A stretch of DNA of 32,000 nucleotides from Candidatus Saccharimonadota bacterium. GTDB lineage: Archaea; Nanohalarchaeota; Nanosalinia; Nanosalinales; Nanosalinaceae. The position numbers and the translations under genes were made by a program. The stretch spans positions 930,001 through 962,000 of the forward strand of contig NZ_CP107255.1 of the NCBI RefSeq assembly GCF_029232205.1, read 5' to 3'. The notes beneath the pieces are model-generated. The model was not told the origin of the DNA. It saw only the letters and a list, made by a program, of their open reading frames with translations, and did not search any database. The first letter of the stretch is position 1, and the number at the start of each line of letters is the position of its first letter. This document shows, piece after piece, positions 14,674 to 22,893 of this stretch.

Positions 14674-16935
14674 TTACACCTGCTGTTGCAGCCATTCATC
14701 CCATCTTGCAAATATCCTATCATTATCTAGATCCCCGTATTCTTCTCTAACGCGCTGTGAAAGTATGTGATAGCGCTGATTGGCTTTTACAACAAAGTCG
14801 GCCTCCAGAAGTTGTTTATCGCTTTCCTGATTGGCCTCTACAAGTCTCTCCTTTATCTGCTGTCTTAGCTTGATATTGTCCCAGACCGCTTCCCAGTCGT
14901 TCTTCCATTCCTTGATATTTTCAGCGATCCTGTTCAGAATCAGTGACTCGCCGTTCATCAGTTCATCGGTGGGAACTAGCTCATCTTTATTGCTGTCATA
15001 TCTCATCAGATCGACAAACGCGTTTTCATCTTGAGGATCCTCCTGCCAGTCCTTCCTCACCTCGGTAATGCCAGTAACCCTACGGTATGTGTCCATACCG
15101 TCGGGACTTCTGATCTTATTCACACTGACAATAATGTCTGTAGCCTTGAAAGAAGTTCTTGGAACATTAAGATCGTTTACAACACGGTCAAAAACAGAGT
15201 ATGCATCTTCGCCGTGAATCGTACCTCCTACGAAGTTTGCAACAGCTCCAACACGCATGGCCTCGTAAAGAGCCTTTGCCTCATCAGAACGGACCTCTCC
15301 AACAACAAGAGCAGAGTCTCCTAGCCGTAGTGAGGTTCTAATTGCCTCATCCGCTGCCATCTCATTCTCAACCTGCGTAATAGCAGATCTGGACTTCATA
15401 CGCTCGACATTGTAACCTAGATCCTTCATCTGAGGAATAGGCAGCTCAAGCGTATCCTCAACAGTCACAATCCTGTGACTCTTCATAATCTCAAGCATAG
15501 AGGCCCCAAGAATCGAGGACTTACCAGCGCCACGAGTACCTGCAAACAGAACCGAGCGATTCCCGTCAACAAGGAAGGATATCAGGGCCGCGCCAAGAGA
15601 GTTTATCATACCATTATTCATGAAAAGAGGTAGTGTCCAAGCCTTTGAACGGTGTCTTCTGAACGCGAACGCAAGGCCTTCTGGCGAAAGATTTTCCTGT
15701 ATAACTGCTACACGGGCTCGGCCTCCAGGAACCTCAGCCTCAGTATCCAGTACCGGATTGGCCTCGTCAAGAGGTCTTCCTGATCTGATTCTGAATCTTG
15801 TGGCCCATGACTCTGCCTCGTCCTTTGTAGGTATTAAGTTTGTCTCACATTCCCCGTACTCCTGATGGGAGATATACATCGGAGAATCTCCTATCGGAGA
15901 GTTAATGTAGACGTCCTGGATTTTTGGATCAGCTAATAGAAGCTCCAAGACACCAAGGCCTGAAGTATACCGGTTAAGAATTGAACCTAGCTCTTCTAGC
16001 TCTTCTAGAGATAAATCAACACCCATCTGATTTGCTATATCTCTGAGCATGTCCTTCCCGATATTCTGGAATACCTCATTCATTCTCTCAGGCCTGGCAA
16101 ATTCTCCTTCTTCAGGTTGGTGAGAGGCCATGTATCTTCTTGCTGCATCCAGCAATGTGTATTTCTGCTCTGACAGATTGAATTCCGGAGGATTGACATG
16201 GTATACAGGCCTTGTCTGATCGGGCACCCTATATATAGAAACTTCTATGTTGTCTCTGACCTTGTACCGGTCTACTTCCTCTCCTCTTTCTGGAGGAAGA
16301 CTCATGTACTTTGTAAGCATGAAGTTAGGCCTTACAAGAGGGTGGAAGAACTCTCTGTAGATTTCTCGGTCTCCTACATGGTGGCCTGTAAGATACTGTT
16401 GTGCATCCTGTATTAGCTGGCATTCCTCTATTCTGTCAATTACAGGATTGAGAACATCTTGTATAAAGTATTTCAGACATCTCTGCTGCTCAGGATATGC
16501 ATTTTGCCTGTCCTGATTTAGATGTCTTTTCTTACGAGTAAGCTGGACATAGGCCCCGATAGGATCTTTTCTCATCTGGTCGAAAACACTTTCCTGTACG
16601 TCAGGAAGATGCTGACTGTATACTGTATCGCATTTATCTGTCTTTACGTTCTGAGAAAGGTGGCCCTGCGAGGATATATCCTGTATTACCTGTGAGATTT
16701 CTCTAAGGTATTTTACCTGTTGTTCATCGTATTCGTAGTCTCTCGACTCGGATAGAACTACCGATGATGCATCAGGAACTTCCTGCAAGATGTTTATTAC
16801 TCGGGACATGACCTGAGGATAGTCCTCGAGGCTTGCACCGTAGATTGAGCCCAGCGTGTTTACCTCTACAGTGCCTGATTCTTCATCATAGTCGTATTCG
16901 AAAACATCTTTGTCTGTTACAGTCATACCCAGCAT
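14674..16935 (-). CDS. type II/IV secretion-family ATPase (FlaI/GspE/VirB11-like), 753 aa
   Basis: Motifs are Walker A FAGTRGAGKSS, Walker B-like ALVVGEVR, the Asp-box region VTVEDTLEL, and the His-box GGTIHGE. Long N- and C-terminal extensions flank the core. Confidence 0.92.
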   Translation of the reverse strand: MLGMTVTDKDVFEYDYDEESGTVEVNTLGSIYGASLEDYPQVMSRVINILQEVPDASSVVLSESRDYEYDEQQVKYLREISQVIQDISSQGHLSQNVKTDKCDTVYSQHLPDVQESVFDQMRKDPIGAYVQLTRKKRHLNQDRQNAYPEQQRCLKYFIQDVLNPVIDRIEECQLIQDAQQYLTGHHVGDREIYREFFHPLVRPNFMLTKYMSLPPERGEEVDRYKVRDNIEVSIYRVPDQTRPVYHVNPPEFNLSEQKYTLLDAARRYMASHQPEEGEFARPERMNEVFQNIGKDMLRDIANQMGVDLSLEELEELGSILNRYTSGLGVLELLLADPKIQDVYINSPIGDSPMYISHQEYGECETNLIPTKDEAESWATRFRIRSGRPLDEANPVLDTEAEVPGGRARVAVIQENLSPEGLAFAFRRHRSKAWTLPLFMNNGMINSLGAALISFLVDGNRSVLFAGTRGAGKSSILGASMLEIMKSHRIVTVEDTLELPIPQMKDLGYNVERMKSRSAITQVENEMAADEAIRTSLRLGDSALVVGEVRSDEAKALYEAMRVGAVANFVGGTIHGEDAYSVFDRVVNDLNVPRTSFKATDIIVSVNKIRSPDGMDTYRRVTGITEVRKDWQEDPQDENAFVDLMRYDSNKDELVPTDELMNGESLILNRIAENIKEWKNDWEAVWDNIKLRQQIKERLVEANQESDKQLLEADFVVKANQRYHILSQRVREEYGDLDNDRIFARWDEWLQQQV

Positions 16936-16966
16936 TATTATTGGCGCGTTTCTAAAATAAAAGTGA
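16936..16966. promoter_or_regulatory. 31-bp divergent intergenic region with crossed A/T boxes
   Basis: taaaataaaa (16952-16961) lies about 21 nt from the minus ATG at 16935. attattatt (16934-16942) lies about 29 nt from the plus ATG at 16967. Confidence 0.35.
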
Positions 16967-17398
16967 ATGCCTCAGCAAGACATTGTAAATCAGTTAGTAG
17001 ATAGGGTCAACGACTTTAACAGAAGGATCCGTGATCTGGAGGAGAAAGTTAGGAACATCAACGCCCGCGTCAACACTCTTGACGACAGCCTGCTTAAGAA
17101 GACCAAGTCTTTGAGCAGCGATGTTCAGGATATCAACGATGATATGAGCGAGATTAGAGATAGGATAGCCAATCTTGAGGTAGATATTAAGGAGATTAAT
17201 AGAGAGAAACGTAAATTTGTAACTTCTCAGGAAATAGAGGAGATTGAGAACTACATGGATTTAATGAATCCAATCAACTCCTCTTTCATGACTGAGAAGG
17301 AGGTTAAATCTCTTCTCAAGAAGCAGGAGACTGATGGAGGCCTGAGTAGGAAAGAGGTAGAGCAAATCGTAGAGAAAAAGCTCCGCGACCAGGATTAA
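16967..17398 (+). CDS. coiled-coil protein (143 aa), function unknown
   Basis: A clean ORF transcribed divergently from the ATPase. It shows heptad-like repeats (RIRDLEEKVRNINARVNTLDD ... RIANLEVDIKEINRE). Confidence 0.75.
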   Translation: MPQQDIVNQLVDRVNDFNRRIRDLEEKVRNINARVNTLDDSLLKKTKSLSSDVQDINDDMSEIRDRIANLEVDIKEINREKRKFVTSQEIEEIENYMDLMNPINSSFMTEKEVKSLLKKQETDGGLSRKEVEQIVEKKLRDQD

Positions 17399-17442
17399 TT
17401 GTTTATAAACCAGAAGGCGTATTATATTTGTAGGCGAGCCGT

Positions 17443-18372
17443 ATGGAATTCAAATTATTCGATAGACTAAAAGATGAAGATGGACAGTCCGACTCCAACT
17501 CCGGTAACGGAGGTATGGGAGGAGGCTTTGGCGGCTCAAATTCCGGTAATTCTCAGGCAAGTTCTTTTGGAGGTAATGGAGTAGAGAGAAGAGTTTCAGA
17601 CATGTTTAATCAGGGCTACTCTGAGAAAGAGATCAAGGACGAACTTCAGGGCCAGTTTTCTCAGACAGAAATTGAGAGAGCAATCAATAATGCAGTGAAA
17701 AGCTCTGCAACTGGAAATAATAGTAGTAGCGGGTCCAGTGGTGGGCCTCAGCCGATGACACCGTATAAAAGCGATAGCGGTGAGGAAGCGATAAGCCCTA
17801 TGGACGAAGGTTTCGATGGTGGAGATGATAATCAGATGAATCAGGATAACGGTCAACAGCAAGGTATGCAGCAGAATCAAGGTTTTAACCAGCAAAATAA
17901 TACTCAACAACAGCAGCAGGTACAGCAGCCTCAACAGCAACAGCAGGGAGGCCAGCAAGTTAATCCTTCTCAGGGTTCTGTTAATCCCGAGATTGAGGAG
18001 TTGATTGAAACAATTGTTTCAGAAAACTTCCAGATGGTTGAACAGAGATTTGACGACATATTTGAGGAAATCGATATTCTTGCAGACAAGGTAGATGAAC
18101 TGGAAGACCGAGTTGAGGAACTGGAGATCAGAGATGATGAGGATCAGGAACAGTTCCTCCAGAAAGTAGATGAGGTAGAGGACCACATCGATTCCTATGA
18201 GTCAAGGATTGGAGGTCTGGAGAAGGCCTTCCAGCAGGTCTTGCCATCGCTTGTTGACAATGTCCGCGATCTCACAAGTCTTGTCCAGGAGATTAAACAG
18301 GAGAGAGGTATTGAGACAGATACCAACGTCTCTCAACAAGACATGGATAAAATGGACATTGACAACTGGTAA
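17443..18372 (+). CDS. G/S/N-rich plus Q-rich low-complexity protein with an acidic C-terminal coiled coil, function unknown
   Basis: The 309-aa product has a G/S/N-rich N-terminus and a short helical motif FNQGYSEKEIKDELQGQFSQTEIERAINNA. A Q/N tract covers aa 129-177, followed by a coiled coil (KVDELEDRVEELE ...). Confidence 0.8.
   Translation: MEFKLFDRLKDEDGQSDSNSGNGGMGGGFGGSNSGNSQASSFGGNGVERRVSDMFNQGYSEKEIKDELQGQFSQTEIERAINNAVKSSATGNNSSSGSSGGPQPMTPYKSDSGEEAISPMDEGFDGGDDNQMNQDNGQQQGMQQNQGFNQQNNTQQQQQVQQPQQQQQGGQQVNPSQGSVNPEIEELIETIVSENFQMVEQRFDDIFEEIDILADKVDELEDRVEELEIRDDEDQEQFLQKVDEVEDHIDSYESRIGGLEKAFQQVLPSLVDNVRDLTSLVQEIKQERGIETDTNVSQQDMDKMDIDNW
17827..17973 (+). repeat. Q/N-rich low-complexity coding tract
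   Basis: It encodes DNQMNQDNGQQQGMQQNQGFNQQNNTQQQQQVQQPQQQQQGGQQ using mixed CAA/CAG codons. Confidence 0.85.
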
Positions 18373-18418
18373 AGGCCTATTATCATATTTCTTCTTTAAT
18401 TCAATCAGTAACTAGAAA

Positions 18419-18919
18419 TTAGAAGTCCTGTGTTGTAAACAGGACAATTATTATGACAAATATCAGCGACAGTATTGGCATTATCACTTCATCAAACAGA
18501 TTCTGGCCTTCTCCAATCAGTGATGCTGCGCCACCGCCGTAACCTACCAGGATGCTGACGAATGCTACAATACCGATCACTCCTGCAAATATCCATGGTA
18601 GCGACCAGGCATCGCCCATTTCATTTACATCGTAGCCTGCTACTGCGAACAGTATAAGTAGGGACAGCAAGCCGAATATTCCGAATGCTATTGCTGATGC
18701 AAAGTGTGTCCACATTCCTGCTGGTGCAAAAGCGGTGACACCAATAACGGAAAGGAAAGCAAATGAGAGTGCGACTACTCCGTTGACCTGTGTCTCTTCG
18801 CTGATTACTTCGTATTTATTGAGCAGGCCGTAACTGACCGAGAATATGAGGAGCCAGGGTAGGAATAGGTTGAATCCCATTTCCTGCATTGTCAGTATGA
18901 CTTGCTCAATTGCTCCCAT
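18419..18919 (-). CDS. polytopic membrane protein (166 aa), paralog of 18927-19496
   Basis: The product has 4-5 hydrophobic segments. It shares an N-terminal pattern with its neighbour (FNLFLPWLLIFSVSYGLL / FFTLLLPFLVTYVVLLFG and VVALSFAF / VVALAGAF). Confidence 0.8.
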   Translation of the reverse strand: MGAIEQVILTMQEMGFNLFLPWLLIFSVSYGLLNKYEVISEETQVNGVVALSFAFLSVIGVTAFAPAGMWTHFASAIAFGIFGLLSLLILFAVAGYDVNEMGDAWSLPWIFAGVIGIVAFVSILVGYGGGAASLIGEGQNLFDEVIMPILSLIFVIIIVLFTTQDF

Positions 18920-18926
18920 TATTCAG

Positions 18927-19496
18927 TCACCCATCTTCTCCAAGCAGTGTTTCCATTGCTGACATTACAGAGGAGTCATCATCTCCGCTACTACTGTCAT
19001 CGGAAGGTCTTGTCCAGTACATCACAATTCCTAGCGGAACCAACCATACTAATGGCGAGGACAGGGCCTCATTCACCATGCTGCTGACAGTGGTATCCGG
19101 TAGTGGAACTATCGCTTCCAAGCCTCCTGTTCGGGCAAATACTATTACTCCTGCGAACAGCACCACTATCGCTATTGGCTTGGATTTCTGAAGTACGTCT
19201 CCCCATCCTGCAATTCCAAGTATTGCACCCAGGCCGATAACACCCATCATACCGATGGCTATTCTGGCCCAGTACTCTGTGAAGAATGACTGGTATCCTG
19301 GATTGTTCGCTAGGAAGAATGCCAGGAAGAATGCTCCTGCTAGTGCAACGACAGGAGGCACGTTTGAATCATCTAAGTGCCCTATCTGTCTTACTCCGAA
19401 AAGTAGTACTACATAAGTTACCAGAAATGGAAGTAGGAGTGTGAAAAAGTCCACTCCTTCAAGAGTTGTAATTAAGGAAGCAAATCCTGTGGCCAC
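18927..19496 (-). CDS. polytopic membrane protein (189 aa) with an acidic S/D tail, paralog of 18419-18919
   Basis: Multiple hydrophobic segments are followed by the C-terminal tail PSDDSSSGDDDSSVMSAMETLLGEDG. A 7-nt gap separates it from the downstream gene. Confidence 0.8.
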   Translation of the reverse strand: MATGFASLITTLEGVDFFTLLLPFLVTYVVLLFGVRQIGHLDDSNVPPVVALAGAFFLAFFLANNPGYQSFFTEYWARIAIGMMGVIGLGAILGIAGWGDVLQKSKPIAIVVLFAGVIVFARTGGLEAIVPLPDTTVSSMVNEALSSPLVWLVPLGIVMYWTRPSDDSSSGDDDSSVMSAMETLLGEDG

Positions 19497-19500
19497 TCAA

Positions 19501-19761
19501 TTATTCACCTTCTTGTTCTCGAAGATATTCTTCGATGTTGTGGTTGAGCATCCATAGCTCTCTTCCTATGATCATCAGGCCCAGCATGATTATCCATGGA
19601 GAGATAATGTCTCCAAAGGAGCTCATTGTCAGGCCCTGTGTTCTCTGAAGAGTCCATACTGCTACTACTATGGCTCCAAATGATAGAAACGCTATCAGTA
19701 GTTCGTCTAGAATGTTTTCGATTTCGTATACAAATTCGTGGAATTTAGTATCTCGATTCAT
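19501..19761 (-). CDS. small two-TM membrane protein (86 aa)
   Basis: Two hydrophobic segments are present (LLIAFLSFGAIVVAVWTL and ISPWIIMLGLMII). Gaps to both neighbours are 3-4 nt. Confidence 0.7.
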   Translation of the reverse strand: MNRDTKFHEFVYEIENILDELLIAFLSFGAIVVAVWTLQRTQGLTMSSFGDIISPWIIMLGLMIIGRELWMLNHNIEEYLREQEGE

Positions 19762-19764
19762 CGT

Positions 19765-19902
19765 TTACCAGTTGCCTCCTCCGCTTCTCTTTTTGTTTCT
19801 TTTCATGAATAGACGTGTCAAGAATCCTGCTACGAAGCCTACCGCCGCTACTTCCGGATAGGCCATCAAATTATTCATTACCGCTTCTGCTGTCAGAGCC
19901 AT
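19765..19902 (-). CDS. 45-aa single-TM peptide with a basic tail, absent from the supplied ORF track
   Basis: My hand translation is MALTAEAVMNNLMAYPEVAAVGFVAGFLTRLFMKRNKKRSGGGNW. GAGGT (19913-19917) sits upstream. It is the first gene of a 4-gene string. Confidence 0.5.
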   Translation of the reverse strand: MALTAEAVMNNLMAYPEVAAVGFVAGFLTRLFMKRNKKRSGGGNW

Positions 19903-19940
19903 TTGTTTTTGAACCTCTTAGGAATACCTTTTGAAGCTTT

Positions 19941-19951
19941 GTTTAAATATC
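19941..19951 (-). promoter_or_regulatory. TATA-like box for the 19902-18419 membrane-protein operon
   Basis: gatatttaaac (minus-strand reading) lies about 44 nt upstream of the ATG at 19902. That spacing leaves a short leader containing GAGGT. Confidence 0.4.
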
Positions 19952-20005
19952 TAAAGCCGTTTGTTGCAATTCTCAAACGCTGAAGACACGCAAAACGCTT
20001 ATGCT

Positions 20006-20015
20006 AAAGAAAAAA
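20006..20015 (-). terminator. oligo-T tract downstream of the 20032-20571 gene
   Basis: The minus strand reads cccttttttcttt, 17-26 nt after the stop codon. Archaeal termination typically uses T-tracts. Confidence 0.35.
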
Positions 20016-20031
20016 GGGATAGGAGGTGGAG

Positions 20032-20571
20032 CTATAGGTTCTTGTGAACGTGGGTTTCCACTTTGTCCATGGATCCTTTCATCTGGTTGAGGTACCTTCC
20101 CTCGATTGTCTTCAGAATCTGGTCCATTTCTGACTCTTTGTTCATCTCTTTTTCTTCCCATTCCATTTCCTGCTCGACTTCCTGTCTTGCCTGATCAATC
20201 TTTTCGTGGACATCCTGTAGAACCTGGTGTTGTCTCTTAACGTATTCAGGATCTCTTAGCCAGCCAAGCGCTTCTTCATCTGGAACATTTTGCTGTAGGT
20301 ACTGGTTTGCAGCTGCTATTCCCTGATTATTGAGAATCTGCTCAAACTGTTCAAAGTTAATCTTGTTAATAACGGCTACAAACTGCAGTAGACCCGATTG
20401 CTCGGCCTCCTGCATCGCTTCTTTCAGCTTGTTGATTACATCATCATCGAGCTCGATCTCTCTTTTTCTGAGCTCTTCATCTTGATGTATATCATCCATT
20501 ACCTCCTGTACTCTATCATGTAGTTCTTGAAAATCAAAACTCTCATTTTCTGAGAAGTAGTCGTCTGCCAT
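20032..20571 (-). CDS. acidic soluble protein (179 aa), stand-alone copy of the C-terminal module of the 746-aa neighbour
   Basis: Its sequence LKEAMQEAEQSGLLQFVAVINKINFEQFEQILNNQGIAAANQYL...WLRDPEYVKRQHQ...MEWEEKEM aligns colinearly with ELKEAMQVIEQSQLLKFVAAINKIDFDRFDQILNEEGIATANQYL...WLSNPEFIKSQHK...MEWEDGEM. Confidence 0.82.
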   Translation of the reverse strand: MADDYFSENESFDFQELHDRVQEVMDDIHQDEELRKREIELDDDVINKLKEAMQEAEQSGLLQFVAVINKINFEQFEQILNNQGIAAANQYLQQNVPDEEALGWLRDPEYVKRQHQVLQDVHEKIDQARQEVEQEMEWEEKEMNKESEMDQILKTIEGRYLNQMKGSMDKVETHVHKNL

Positions 20572-20608
20572 GGTCAGTTATAGGTCATCTACATTAAAAA
20601 AACTTGTC

Positions 20609-22849
20609 TCAGCGGCTGGTGTCAATCATAGTATCCTCTAACCTCCCCATCGCCGATCTTATTTGAGGCAGTTTCTGATTCTCCAAACTGTCAAGAACAT
20701 CAAGAATCTGGGCCTCCTGCTCCATTTCACCATCCTCCCACTCCATGTTCTGCTCTAAATCCTGCCTTGCCTCATCTAAACGATTGTGCAGCTTCTCCAG
20801 CTGCTTGTGCTGGCTCTTGATAAACTCTGGATTGGAGAGCCAATCCTTAATTTCCGGATCACTTAATTTGCTGTCAAGATACTGGTTTGCAGTAGCAATA
20901 CCTTCTTCGTTAAGAATCTGATCAAATCTATCAAAGTCTATCTTGTTAATAGCTGCTACAAACTTTAGTAATTGGCTCTGCTCGATTACCTGCATGGCCT
21001 CCTTAAGTTCCTCTAATATTTGTTCATCTACACTTAACTCTTGCTTTCTGGTCTGCTCATCCTTTTCTAGAGCTTCAATTAGATTGCCAAATGTAGTCTC
21101 AATTTCTGCGTCGTGCTGATATTCCTGACCTGCATTATGCCTCATGTGGCTCTTATCCAACGTCCAGTTCCGCTCCAAAATATCAATTATTGCACGGAAA
21201 TCTGTCTCATCTATTCTCCTTGCATCGTGCTCCTTGAAGTAGTCAACAATTTCCTGCGATGCATCTACAATCGAATCTCTTGGAACTGACTGAATATGAT
21301 TGTAGAAGGCCATAAGCATTGAACCATTGTTTCCTACAGCTCTTTGATGATCTCCATTCAGAGTTCTAAGAAGCATCTCCTTGGCAGAATCTCTTAGATC
21401 TGAATTTCTAACGACCTTCTGGAATATCTCCCAGTTATCTCCTTCTAGATCAGGTTCATCTGAACCTCCGCCACCCTGCTCTACGTTCACTATAATATTT
21501 GTTATCTGTACAAGAGCGTCCTGATTTAGAGGACCCTGGAAGCTCAAAAACACGCTTACTATTTCTTCTACTGCAGGCCCAACCGCTGAGGAAGGGAGAT
21601 TTTCAATAACAGAGATTAACTGTACAAATACAGAAACATCAATCTGAACATTACTGCCAGTTTGAATTACCACTGTGCCATCATTTACTTCGATGTTAAG
21701 CTCTAGAAGATTGATGAACTGTGAGAAGGCCTGCTGGTTAACATTCACATTATTTTGCTGGACGTACTGGCCTAACTGATTTACAAGAACGTTTGATATA
21801 TCGTAATACTGCTGATTAACAACTTTTTCGATCTCTACATTGTTGATCTGGACAATTTTTGGATTATTCTCAACTTTCTGGAAGTACTGCTCTAGCCTCT
21901 GAATCAGGGTTTCATCTAGAGGCCCTCCATAATTGACCACTATCTTCATCATCTGATTGACTACCTCCATATCAAATTCTTCATCCCCTTCAGACATGAC
22001 CTTGACCATCATCTGCATCAAGCCACTAAATTGCTGCTGCTGAATGGTTACATCCTCGGCATTAGGCGCATTCACAACTATTCCTCCATTACCTGGACCG
22101 AATCTTCCCTGTAGTAAGGCCATGAACTGCATCATACCCGGAGTCATTGCCATACCCATCTGCTGCTGTTGCTGCTGCATTGCAGCTGCTACTTGCTGAG
22201 CCATCTGTGGATCTAGATCGATGTCAACATTCTGATAAGGTGAGCCAGGAGGGCCTCCACCAGAATCCCCAGAGTCATCGCTGCTATCGCTTCCATCAGG
22301 GACATTAACATCTATAGAATCAGGCGCGTTGACATCTATAGAATCTGGAGCATTAACATCTATAGAATCAGGAATATCACCACCACCTATATCAATATCT
22401 GGAAGGCCTGGAAGATTGACTCCAAGAAGATGTCTTAGTACGAAGAGCAGGGCCAGTAATAACAGTAGTAGGGCGACTCCTGGCCCGTAGTTTCCGTGCC
22501 TCATTACTGTTACTACTGCTACTGCTAGGGCCATTAGCTGTGCTGCTTTCTGCCCCATCTCGGATAGATCATCGCCGCCGTTATTGTCCTCGAAGTTGTT
22601 TTCAGCTCTCTTCAGAACTTTGCTGAATATGAACCACATTAGGCCATATACTCCGATTAAAGGTATGATTACGAATACGAGGAAGTCCTGGCCATTGTTG
22701 ATGTCGCTGACTGTTAGAGAATCAATGAAGTTTAGTGGTTCATTGTAGAATGCCTGTGAGGGGCCTCCTCCAGCGATCTGTGCAGCAGCTGGTGCGGAAA
22801 TAACAGCTATGAGTAAAAGTAGAAGTGCTGCTGCATACGATTTGCGCAT
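20609..22849 (-). CDS. 746-aa modular membrane protein, function unknown
   Basis: The order of parts is a signal peptide (MRKSYAAALLLLLIAVISAPAAAQ), TM helices, a DSIDVNAP x3 repeat, a QQQQQQ tract, an N/Q/V-rich middle region and an acidic C-terminal module. Confidence 0.85.
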   Translation of the reverse strand: MRKSYAAALLLLLIAVISAPAAAQIAGGGPSQAFYNEPLNFIDSLTVSDINNGQDFLVFVIIPLIGVYGLMWFIFSKVLKRAENNFEDNNGGDDLSEMGQKAAQLMALAVAVVTVMRHGNYGPGVALLLLLLALLFVLRHLLGVNLPGLPDIDIGGGDIPDSIDVNAPDSIDVNAPDSIDVNVPDGSDSSDDSGDSGGGPPGSPYQNVDIDLDPQMAQQVAAAMQQQQQQMGMAMTPGMMQFMALLQGRFGPGNGGIVVNAPNAEDVTIQQQQFSGLMQMMVKVMSEGDEEFDMEVVNQMMKIVVNYGGPLDETLIQRLEQYFQKVENNPKIVQINNVEIEKVVNQQYYDISNVLVNQLGQYVQQNNVNVNQQAFSQFINLLELNIEVNDGTVVIQTGSNVQIDVSVFVQLISVIENLPSSAVGPAVEEIVSVFLSFQGPLNQDALVQITNIIVNVEQGGGGSDEPDLEGDNWEIFQKVVRNSDLRDSAKEMLLRTLNGDHQRAVGNNGSMLMAFYNHIQSVPRDSIVDASQEIVDYFKEHDARRIDETDFRAIIDILERNWTLDKSHMRHNAGQEYQHDAEIETTFGNLIEALEKDEQTRKQELSVDEQILEELKEAMQVIEQSQLLKFVAAINKIDFDRFDQILNEEGIATANQYLDSKLSDPEIKDWLSNPEFIKSQHKQLEKLHNRLDEARQDLEQNMEWEDGEMEQEAQILDVLDSLENQKLPQIRSAMGRLEDTMIDTSR
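22297..22373 (-). repeat. in-frame 24-bp tandem repeat, 3 copies (PDSIDVNA)
   Basis: The core acatctatagaatc recurs at 22308, 22332 and 22356 with exact 24-nt spacing. Copies differ only at a few positions. Confidence 0.9.
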
Positions 22850-22893
22850 AGACTAATTTGAGTTTAGCTTCTTTAATAGCATTAGGGCCGTAA

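Noticed and set aside
12499-16935. Numerous 60-112-aa ORFs on the plus strand and in alternative minus frames within the ATPase and platform genes
   Set aside because: They are embedded in genes with clear family motifs and have no independent start signals.
5684-16935. Interpretation of the locus as an archaellum (motility) operon
   Set aside because: There is no FlaH/KaiC-like gene, no FlaF/FlaG/FlaX, and none of the pilin-like proteins has an archaellin-length conserved domain. Subunit sizes are very heterogeneous. This cannot be fully excluded without the flanking genome.
700-19902. All four small ORFs I added (700-837, 10356-10493, 12361-12498, 19765-19902) are exactly 138 nt / 45 aa
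   Set aside because: I rechecked the two pilin-locus ORFs and the 19765 ORF codon by codon, and recounted the residues of the 700-837 ORF. The sequences are unrelated (Zn finger, two different hydrophobic peptides, a prepilin), so I treat the identical length as coincidence rather than a repeat family.
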